Source: a virus (taxonomy: Duplodnaviria > Caudoviricetes). From it: a stretch of 29,634 bases of DNA. The stretch is from positions 1 through 29,634 of the IMG/VR virus record IMGVR_UViG_3300030433_001537; one strand, given 5' to 3'. Below the pieces are notes generated by a model, which did not search any database, had not been told where the DNA came from, and was given only the letters and a program-made list of their open reading frames with translations. Position 1 is the stretch's first letter; the number at the start of each line of letters is the position of its first letter. Positions 8,108 to 15,726 of this stretch are shown here, piece by piece. The translations under genes and the position numbers were made by a program.

Positions 8108-8115
8108 CAAATATA
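8108..8115 (-). promoter_or_regulatory. Bacteroidota -7 element TATATTTG
   Basis: Exact TAnnTTTG match; no clear -33 TTG. Confidence 0.45.
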
Positions 8116-8120
8116 TATAA

Positions 8121-8243
8121 TTATTTTAAATAAAGTTTTTTATATCTAATAATTGTTAATACACAAACAAATATTAATATAAAAGTAAATAAGTTAGGAT
8201 GTGATTCTCCACAAAATCCTAATAAGTGTTTTAATGTTTCCAT
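8121..8243 (-). CDS. Small membrane protein (40 aa, not in track)
   Basis: METLKHLLGFCGESHPNLFTFILIFVCVLTIIRYKKLYLK*; H..C..H motif then one TM helix and a basic tail. Confidence 0.65.
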   Translation of the reverse strand: METLKHLLGFCGESHPNLFTFILIFVCVLTIIRYKKLYLK

Positions 8244-8244
8244 A

Positions 8245-8370
8245 TTATCTTCCTTGACCTCTATATTTTTTCTTGTATTGTTTTGATGTCTTTAATCTAC
8301 TTGCATTTTTGCTGTGAGGGTGTGAGGTTCTTTTCCTCTTTCTGTAAGTAGATATTATTTTTTTTGGCAT
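8245..8370 (-). CDS. Small highly basic protein ending YRGQGR (41 aa, not in track)
   Basis: MPKKIISTYRKRKRTSHPHSKNASRLKTSKQYKKKYRGQGR*; TAATG overlap with the holin stop. Confidence 0.7.
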   Translation of the reverse strand: MPKKIISTYRKRKRTSHPHSKNASRLKTSKQYKKKYRGQGR

Positions 8371-8768
8371 TATTTTTTTCTAATTTTTTCCATACTTCGC
8401 CCACCAAAATAAGCTGAAATAACTGTAATCAAAACAAGTTGCAATAAATCTACCCAGTTTGCCTTTACTTCAAATTGAATTACACCTGCATCTATAAATA
8501 CTAATAATACAGTAGATACAACTAAAAATATTAATACAAGTGGTCTTACATTACGACTTAACCAAGAATCTGATTTAGTGTCAGCTAACCATCTTTCAGT
8601 AATGTTTTTTTGCATCTCTGATTCTGCTGATATAAATACTTCAGTCATTTCTTTTTCAAACCTAGCTTGATCCTCTTTACTAAAAGTATGTTTAGCAACT
8701 ATGTTACTAATTTTCTCAGCTATACCTCCACCTGCTGCTCCGAATATTTTAGCTAATATTTGTTTCAT
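8370..8768 (-). CDS. Holin (GTA 3TM-holin-like)
   Basis: RW..D..SDSWLSRNVRP, two hydrophobic helices and AYFGGRS.EK; close to the endolysin. Confidence 0.8.
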   Translation of the reverse strand: MKQILAKIFGAAGGGIAEKISNIVAKHTFSKEDQARFEKEMTEVFISAESEMQKNITERWLADTKSDSWLSRNVRPLVLIFLVVSTVLLVFIDAGVIQFEVKANWVDLLQLVLITVISAYFGGRSMEKIRKK

Positions 8769-8899
8769 TTTTTATCTTCATAAGATTTATAACACATTGC
8801 AATAGCCTGTTCTTTGTTATGATATTTAGATAACTCAGGTACACATCTAATCATAAAATCTGATCTTTTTTCTCCTGATTTTGGTTTTGGTATTGGCAT
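8765..8899 (-). CDS. Small protein with PIPKP..GE...F..RC...QA.A.C motif (44 aa, not in track)
   Basis: MPIPKPKSGEKRSDFMIRCVPELSKYHNKEQAIAMCYKSYEDKK*; ATGA overlap with the holin start. Confidence 0.7.
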   Translation of the reverse strand: MPIPKPKSGEKRSDFMIRCVPELSKYHNKEQAIAMCYKSYEDKK

Positions 8900-9049
8900 C
8901 TAATATATCTTTATATGTAATACTAAAAAAAGAAAGTGTACATTTATTTCTAAAAAATCATCATTTACATCTTTAGGATGTATTGACACTCCAAATAAAA
9001 AACAATAAGCATCATAGGATCTATCAATTATTGCTATTTCGTATTTCAC
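8900..9049 (-). CDS. Small hydrophobic protein (49 aa, GTG start, not in track)
   Basis: MKYEIAIIDRSYDAYCFLFGVSIHPKDVNDDFLEINVHFLFLVLHIKIY*; GTGA overlap with the endolysin stop; fills the gap exactly. Confidence 0.55.
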   Translation of the reverse strand: MKYEIAIIDRSYDAYCFLFGVSIHPKDVNDDFLEINVHFLFLVLHIKIY

Positions 9050-9549
9050 ATCTTGTAATAAGTAGCCTGAGAGCCTTTATACTTTGCTACTAGAACATTG
9101 TTTCTATTAGCTTTCTTACTTACATAAGATAAGTGAATCCATCTTGGAGATCCTTCTTCACTATCAGGAGATCCACCGAACTCCCAAATTAACTGGTCAA
9201 AATCAAGATTATCCTTTATCCAGTAGAATAATTCTCTATTTGATTTACTTCCCATTGAAGTCATATCTATAGCAGCTCCATTATTGCAAGTATGCTGAGA
9301 TGTTTTACTAGAGTTAGGTATAGCCTCACAAAGTTCTTGAGATCTATACATACTATTTACCTTGATAGGATGGCCACACCATTCTCTCAAAGGTTCAAAA
9401 CACTTCTCTGCTAATAGTTGCATTTTTTTTAAATGAGCCTCTGTAGGTACATTTTTTATTTTATATTTACTAGCAGTTTGTGAGTATGTAGCCTCTTTGA
9501 AACTTATATGCTTACTAATTCTATTATTTACTTTCTCCTTTTTTTTCAT
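9046..9549 (-). CDS. Endolysin, peptidase M15 family Zn-peptidase
   Basis: NSMYRS, SQH......AID and WIHLSY Zn-binding motifs. Confidence 0.9.
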   Translation of the reverse strand: MKKKEKVNNRISKHISFKEATYSQTASKYKIKNVPTEAHLKKMQLLAEKCFEPLREWCGHPIKVNSMYRSQELCEAIPNSSKTSQHTCNNGAAIDMTSMGSKSNRELFYWIKDNLDFDQLIWEFGGSPDSEEGSPRWIHLSYVSKKANRNNVLVAKYKGSQATYYKM

Positions 9550-9775
9550 CTTCTTTTATTTCTGTATAGCTACCATCTTTAATGTCTATATTGATTTTGC
9601 CATACTCTTTTTCCATTTCTACTTTAAGATCTTCTTGTTCTTTTTGAACACCTGCAAATAGATTTGAAAATGAAAATGCTTTTACTACTAAACCACCTAG
9701 CTCAATAAGTATAGCATTTTTCTTTTGTTCTTGTTCTTGTATTTGTTTTAATTCTTCTTCTTTTATTTTACTCAT
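9524..9775 (-). CDS. Hypothetical coiled-coil protein after the tail fibre
   Basis: 83 aa, EKEYGKINIDIKDGSY; TATATTTG element at 9801-9808 upstream. Confidence 0.7.
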   Translation of the reverse strand: MSKIKEEELKQIQEQEQKKNAILIELGGLVVKAFSFSNLFAGVQKEQEDLKVEMEKEYGKINIDIKDGSYTEIKEDEKKGESK

Positions 9776-9809
9776 TTTAAAAAATTTAAATTAATATTAA
9801 CAAATATAA

Positions 9810-12800
9810 TTAATTACACTTACATTCTTTTTTTAAAGTATCTACTTCTTTTTTAAGTTCTTGTATTGACTTAACTAATAAAGGAACTATTTTAGAATAA
9901 TCTACTCCTTGCATATCTTCTGCATCTTTTTCTCCTGTAACTGCTTGAGGTAAAACTTCTTCTAATTCGTGAGCCATCACTCCATAACCTCTGTTATCAT
10001 CTGCTTTCCATTTGAAATCATATACAGGGATCTTAGAAACCATATCTAATCCTGCAAAGTCTTTCAAATCTTCTTTTAGCCTATAATCTGATGAAGTGTT
10101 ATAAGCAGTTGAGGATGAATTAATTGAAATTGAACCAACTTCAGTAGCCTGTGAATGAAATATATTGGCCTTAGTTCCTGAATTTCCTGATGTATCATTA
10201 AAACCATAGCCCCTGCCTCCATCTGTTTGTAGGCTTAATTGTGCTGCACCTATATTACCTAATGCAGTTCCAAGAAATAATCTACCATCATTTGAAATTC
10301 TCATTCTCTCACTTAGAGAAACCTCAGTATTTGTAGTTGTAGTTGCAGATGTAGATGTATTTTTAAATTTAAAATCTCCTCCTGCCATTACAAGAGCTGA
10401 TGACTTATTAGCATAGGTATCTTGAGTTGATAAATATTTATTATTTGTATCATTGCTTGGTTTTACTCCTTGTCCTAAAACTAACCCTGCACTTGAATAT
10501 TGAATACCTATAGTAACTTGTGATTCATCACTTGCATAATTATCTCCTAAGAAAGTATATCCATTAAGTTGATTACTTTTTGCTTTTATTATAGGAGTTA
10601 AAGGTGCAGTATTTGCAAAAGTTGCGTTACCATTACTGTGAGAAAAAGTACCTTGTGTACTTACGCCTGTTTGATTAGCTACTATTCTAAAAGCACCACC
10701 ACTTGCATCTGCTCTAAAAACTTCTCCACTTGTTGATGCAACTTCTAATTTAGCATTTGAACCTCCAGTTACACCAACACCTACTGCTCCATCAAAGGTA
10801 GCATCTCCATTATGTGCTAAAGTTAAAGCAGTCAAAGAGTTTCCTGTAGCAAAAACCAAATTTGAAGAACTACTTGTAGCAGTATTATGTATATAGCTCC
10901 AATTATTATTTGAACCATTAACATTGTTTTTGATTGCTAGACCACTTCCATCAATATTTAAAGATATAGCTGATGTATATATGCCTGTTGCTCCTATACC
11001 TAAATCTCCTGAAATAAGACCATCTCCTGTAACACTAATTTGTCCTCCAAAAGTTGCACTAGATTCTTGTAATGTAAAAACATTAGTTAGATTACCACTT
11101 GTATTATTTACAAAAAATTGTAATTTAGAATTATGGGCATTACTGCTATCATCTACAACACTTCTTATAGTTGATTTTACTGCATAAGTGCTTCCAAAAC
11201 CACTTGTATTAGTAGAATGTAAACGTAAATCTAAGGCTTGACCACTTCCTGTGTGTGATCTAAATGTATGGCCACTACTATCTATTCTGTACCTTTCATT
11301 TGGATCAGCACCATTACTTGTTTTAAATATGAGAGCCATATTATTATTGCCATCTGCATTTTGTCCTTCTATAATACAAGAACGAGTTGTATAAGAACTT
11401 GATGTTGGTGCAAAATATATTCTATTGTGAGCACCAGCTCCACCTGCTGCATTTCTTAAAAGTAAACTTCCACCCTGTGCACCTGAATTAGATTTATTTA
11501 CTGTAGTTAAATCAGTAGAAGAAATTGTTCCTGCAAAAGTTGCATTATTATTACCTAATAAAGTTAATGCTGTAGTCATACTTGAACCATCATAAGTAGA
11601 AAAATCTAAAGAATAATTTGCTGTAGCTCCTTCTTCTATTTGGGCATCTCCTGCTCCCCATCTAATGTATTTTGCACTAGGAAGATCTATGTTACCTGCA
11701 AATGTTGCGTTTTGTGAACTATCTAAACTCAAAGCATCAGTGCCATTGTTTGTCCTTAAATTAATTGCAACTTGTGAGTTTACAATAACACTTTCTCCAC
11801 TTGAACCTTGTAATAATAAATTATCATTACCATCATCTCCTATAAAATGACTATCACCAAAATTTATATTACCTGCAAATGTAGCATCTCCCCCATTTGA
11901 CATATCTAATTGCAAAGCAGTTATTGTAGTTCCACCATCATTTCCTTGTAATAAAATATCTCCATTTGAAATACTGCTAAAAATTCTTAGATTATTACTA
12001 TTCTCGGATATTTTAGCAAACTCAGTTCCACCATCAATGAGTCTAAAAGTACCTGAACCTGAATCTAATTGAATTTCGTGTGAAGAATCTATAAATATAT
12101 TACCATCAGATGTTGCTATTTTTCCGTGAGCACCACCCCCTGTACCTGTATCTTTTACAGATATAAGCATATTATCTCCATTTGAGGTGTTAAGTTGCAA
12201 TCCCCAACCACCTGCTGTTGATGTACTAGCATTAATACCTCTATTAAATGTTGCTTGTCCACCCTCAGACATATCTAATGATAATGCAGTTATCGTACTA
12301 CCCCCATCATTACCTATAATATTAATATCTTTATTAGAAGTAATATTTTTAATTTCAAAATTTTGATTATCATTAGATAATCTTCCAAATTCAGCAGCAC
12401 TTGCACCTCTTAGAACAATATCATTGCCACCTGAAGTTAATCTCATATCATCAACAGAAGCAATAGTAAAATCTCCACTACCACTTTCTGTTAAGGTTGC
12501 AGCATTTGAGCCATCAGCAGTTATAGATAAAGAACCAACTGTATTAAGATTACCTACGTTTAAATTAGCTCTTTCATATCCTGTAGCTGTGGTATCTACT
12601 GTTGTTGTAGGTTCTGTTGTTGTACCTTTAAATAAATTGAAAGTATTAGAATCAGAAGCATCAGCAAATAACCCTAAATATCTATTTGAGCCATCATTAT
12701 ACCTACCATAAAAACCAATATCTACTGAATTAGCTGAATTGTCTTTTGCCAATGAGATCAAAGGATCTTCTACTGCAAGTGTTGATGTATTTACAGTTGT

Positions 12801-15128
12801 AGTTGTACCATTGACTGTTAAATCTCCTGCTATTGTTGTGCTTCCTGCTATTGTAACATCTCCTGTGTTTGTAACTTTAAATTGTTCAGAAGAACCACCA
12901 CCATAAAATATAAAAGGTTGATTTGATGTAGTATTGTAATTGACACTTACTTGCCCACCACTTGTACCTGATATTTTTGCAGCAGAACCACCTATTGTAA
13001 TATCCCCACCTGCAAAACTTCCATCTCCACTTGCAACCACATTCCCTGTAACACTAACTCCTGTACTTGTAGTTTCAAACTTTTTAGAGTTATCGTGATA
13101 TAAATTTACAGCACCATCTTCAATAGCTGTTATCATTAACTCAGTATCACCTGAATTTCTAACACTTAATGTACTTGCTAGTATTCTTAATTCACCTGTA
13201 CCTGAATCTTGTATAAAACTATTACTGCCATTGTGATAGATTTGTAGGTCTTGACTTGCACCAAATCTTGCTTTTTGATTATCTCCTAAGTCTAAATGAC
13301 TTCCTAATATAGCAGAACCTGAGCCAGTATTTGTAGTAACAGAACCTGTAACATCTACTCCAATACTTGATGTTTCAAACTTTTTAATACCATTATAATA
13401 TAAAGCAACTTGTGCATCTGCATTTGCGATCATATAAAATTCATCACCAGCTGACTTCAGTTGTATATTGCTTGAACCTGTTATTATTAAATCACCTGTA
13501 CCTGTGTCTTGAATATAAGAATTACTACCATCGTGGTATATTTCTAAATCTCCTGAACTACCAAACTCTGCTTTTACATTATCCTCGTGTCTTGTATTTT
13601 TGAAGAAAAATGTTTTTTCAACACTACCATCAATTTGTATATATCTTGTAGTACTACCACTTCCATCATCACAATTAAATTTTATTACACCATCATCTAA
13701 TTTTTGTGATATGTTAAATATTCCTGTACTATTTTCTATAAAAGAATTTGATCCATCGTGAAATATTTCTAAATCACTGCCTGTACCTAGCTTTATACTT
13801 TTACTATCTATTAGACTTACATCCCCTGCAAAGGCTGCATTATTGGTTGTGTCAATTAACAAAGAAAATATAGAATCTGTTACATTAAAAATTGCAAAAC
13901 TACCATCATTGTTTATAATACTAAAATCATCATTATTGTTTGTATCTGTTAAATTAATTCTTGGATAAGTACCAATTATATTTAGGGTACTTGCATTCAT
14001 TGTAATATTATCTGAAAAAGTAGCACCACCTAAAACATTAATGCCACCACTTGTAGTTTCTAACTTTTTTGAGTTATCGTGATACAGTTCTACTCCTGCA
14101 TTTGCTTCTGCTTTTATCATTACCTCTGCATTAGTAGTATCTAAAACTCTTAACACATCTGAGGTAATTCTTAATCCACCTGTACCTGTATCTTGTATGT
14201 AAGAATTATTTGAATCGTGATATATTTCTAAGTCATTACTAGAACCTACTCTTAACTTTACTTCATCAGGCAGACTTATATCTCCTGTAAATTCTGTATC
14301 TCCACTACTTATAATTAATCTATCTGTACCACCTGTTGATATTTCTAATTTACCACTTGAGTTTAAGAGTATTTCTCCTGTATCATTATTACCATTTATA
14401 AATTGTATTTGTGGAGATGCACCTAAATTATCATCTAAAACTATGTTACCACTAAATGTAGCACCTGTAAATACAGAGCCACCAGTTGCAGTAAGTCCAC
14501 CTGTAACAGTTACACCACCACTTGTTGTTTCAAACTTCTTACTATCATTAAAGTATAACTCTACCTTATCTCCACCATAAAAAGCAGCCATAGTTCTATC
14601 AGATGTATCTTTTATAACTATATTATTATTACCTTTTAAAAGTCCATTAACTTGTAAATTGCCACTTATTGTAACATTATTAGGAAGGCCTATTTGTAAT
14701 TGCTGACTACCTGCTGAGGTTTCTATTTCGTTAGCAGTACCTACTACTGCAAATACTTGGCTATCTAAATCTACTGATCCTGTACCACTATCTCCACTAA
14801 AATCTAAATCTTCTAAAGTAATTTGTGCTGCTACATAAGTTGCAACTGCTGCTGAAGTAGGAATAGTTGTATCATTATTGTTTGATCCTATACCATCTGC
14901 TGCATCCACAAATTTGGATATAGTAATGTTTTCCCCTGTATCTTTTAAGCTACCAAACTCTAATATGTTAGTTACTTTTAGATCTCCTGCATTGTTTATA
15001 TGAATACCTGTAGCATTACCTGATCCATCAGATAACTCTTTAAGAGAAGAGCTGATTACTGCATTATCAAGAGTTTTGATAAGGCCTACATAAGTATTAC
15101 TGATTTTAGTGTTTAATAAACTTGCCAT
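9810..15128 (-). CDS. Long tail fibre / receptor-binding protein with C-terminal peptidase S74 intramolecular chaperone
   Basis: 1772 aa, G/S/T/N-rich with internal repeats; C-terminal SSDYRLKE...FKWK...GVMAHEL...VDYSKIVPLLVKSIQEL plus coiled coil. Confidence 0.9.
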   Translation of the reverse strand: MASLLNTKISNTYVGLIKTLDNAVISSSLKELSDGSGNATGIHINNAGDLKVTNILEFGSLKDTGENITISKFVDAADGIGSNNNDTTIPTSAAVATYVAAQITLEDLDFSGDSGTGSVDLDSQVFAVVGTANEIETSAGSQQLQIGLPNNVTISGNLQVNGLLKGNNNIVIKDTSDRTMAAFYGGDKVELYFNDSKKFETTSGGVTVTGGLTATGGSVFTGATFSGNIVLDDNLGASPQIQFINGNNDTGEILLNSSGKLEISTGGTDRLIISSGDTEFTGDISLPDEVKLRVGSSNDLEIYHDSNNSYIQDTGTGGLRITSDVLRVLDTTNAEVMIKAEANAGVELYHDNSKKLETTSGGINVLGGATFSDNITMNASTLNIIGTYPRINLTDTNNNDDFSIINNDGSFAIFNVTDSIFSLLIDTTNNAAFAGDVSLIDSKSIKLGTGSDLEIFHDGSNSFIENSTGIFNISQKLDDGVIKFNCDDGSGSTTRYIQIDGSVEKTFFFKNTRHEDNVKAEFGSSGDLEIYHDGSNSYIQDTGTGDLIITGSSNIQLKSAGDEFYMIANADAQVALYYNGIKKFETSSIGVDVTGSVTTNTGSGSAILGSHLDLGDNQKARFGASQDLQIYHNGSNSFIQDSGTGELRILASTLSVRNSGDTELMITAIEDGAVNLYHDNSKKFETTSTGVSVTGNVVASGDGSFAGGDITIGGSAAKISGTSGGQVSVNYNTTSNQPFIFYGGGSSEQFKVTNTGDVTIAGSTTIAGDLTVNGTTTTVNTSTLAVEDPLISLAKDNSANSVDIGFYGRYNDGSNRYLGLFADASDSNTFNLFKGTTTEPTTTVDTTATGYERANLNVGNLNTVGSLSITADGSNAATLTESGSGDFTIASVDDMRLTSGGNDIVLRGASAAEFGRLSNDNQNFEIKNITSNKDINIIGNDGGSTITALSLDMSEGGQATFNRGINASTSTAGGWGLQLNTSNGDNMLISVKDTGTGGGAHGKIATSDGNIFIDSSHEIQLDSGSGTFRLIDGGTEFAKISENSNNLRIFSSISNGDILLQGNDGGTTITALQLDMSNGGDATFAGNINFGDSHFIGDDGNDNLLLQGSSGESVIVNSQVAINLRTNNGTDALSLDSSQNATFAGNIDLPSAKYIRWGAGDAQIEEGATANYSLDFSTYDGSSMTTALTLLGNNNATFAGTISSTDLTTVNKSNSGAQGGSLLLRNAAGGAGAHNRIYFAPTSSSYTTRSCIIEGQNADGNNNMALIFKTSNGADPNERYRIDSSGHTFRSHTGSGQALDLRLHSTNTSGFGSTYAVKSTIRSVVDDSSNAHNSKLQFFVNNTSGNLTNVFTLQESSATFGGQISVTGDGLISGDLGIGATGIYTSAISLNIDGSGLAIKNNVNGSNNNWSYIHNTATSSSSNLVFATGNSLTALTLAHNGDATFDGAVGVGVTGGSNAKLEVASTSGEVFRADASGGAFRIVANQTGVSTQGTFSHSNGNATFANTAPLTPIIKAKSNQLNGYTFLGDNYASDESQVTIGIQYSSAGLVLGQGVKPSNDTNNKYLSTQDTYANKSSALVMAGGDFKFKNTSTSATTTTNTEVSLSERMRISNDGRLFLGTALGNIGAAQLSLQTDGGRGYGFNDTSGNSGTKANIFHSQATEVGSISINSSSTAYNTSSDYRLKEDLKDFAGLDMVSKIPVYDFKWKADDNRGYGVMAHELEEVLPQAVTGEKDAEDMQGVDYSKIVPLLVKSIQELKKEVDTLKKECKCN

Positions 15129-15213
15129 TTGTATTTTTTATATTTTTATTCTTTTTCTCATTCAAAAAAGTTTTTAACTTCTCTATATTATTTTTTTTTG
15201 GTTTATATTTCAT
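15106..15213 (-). CDS. Small basic protein (35 aa, not in track)
   Basis: MKYKPKKNNIEKLKTFLNEKKNKNIKNTNGKFIKH*; ATGA overlap with the upstream stop and overlaps the fibre start. Confidence 0.45.
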   Translation of the reverse strand: MKYKPKKNNIEKLKTFLNEKKNKNIKNTNGKFIKH

Positions 15214-15722
15214 AATACCCATCCATTAAAAGTTTCTTCATTTGAGGGAGAAATCTGATCATTGCTATTGTTTGTAAATTCAGGAAAGTTACTTTGATTA
15301 AAATCCATATAACTTTGAAACCTTCTTTTATACCACTCTGCATTTGTTCTAGCTTTCTCTACTAAATAATCTACCTCTGTTTTTGAAACTGTTTCAGCAG
15401 TTTCTGATGAGTGCTTGAAAATACCTCCATTCCTTATCTGATATGCAATAAATGGAATTATATTTACTTGCGAATACCAAATTAACATAGGAGCTATATA
15501 GTCATTTAATAATGTTTTATACTTAGCATTATCACTTAGATTTATATCTCCTGAAGTAATCAATGTACTTATCTTATCATATAACGAAGTACCTGTAATG
15601 TTTTGTATGTCTATCTGCTGAGATAGCTTTATGAATTGAATATATTTATCCAAATCAATATTGCCATCCATTATTGAATTTCTTAATACATCTTCAGGTT
15701 TTATAAATAATGCTACTGCCAT
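15210..15722 (-). CDS. Putative head-tail adaptor / head completion protein
   Basis: 170 aa, helical, immediately after the portal; function inferred from position. Confidence 0.5.
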   Translation of the reverse strand: MAVALFIKPEDVLRNSIMDGNIDLDKYIQFIKLSQQIDIQNITGTSLYDKISTLITSGDINLSDNAKYKTLLNDYIAPMLIWYSQVNIIPFIAYQIRNGGIFKHSSETAETVSKTEVDYLVEKARTNAEWYKRRFQSYMDFNQSNFPEFTNNSNDQISPSNEETFNGWVL

Positions 15723-15726
15723 AATC

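Noticed and set aside
8045-8110. tRNA gene (cloverleaf-like hairpins, GTTCAAG string)
   Set aside because: No 7-bp acceptor stem, loop sizes of 8/4/8 nt do not fit, and GTTCAAG is not in a T-arm. Kept only as a generic structured element.
13050-14570. CRISPR array or DGR template/variable repeats
   Set aside because: Repeats are in-frame, degenerate protein modules. There is no regular repeat-spacer period, no adenine-specific pattern that I could see, and no reverse transcriptase in the window.
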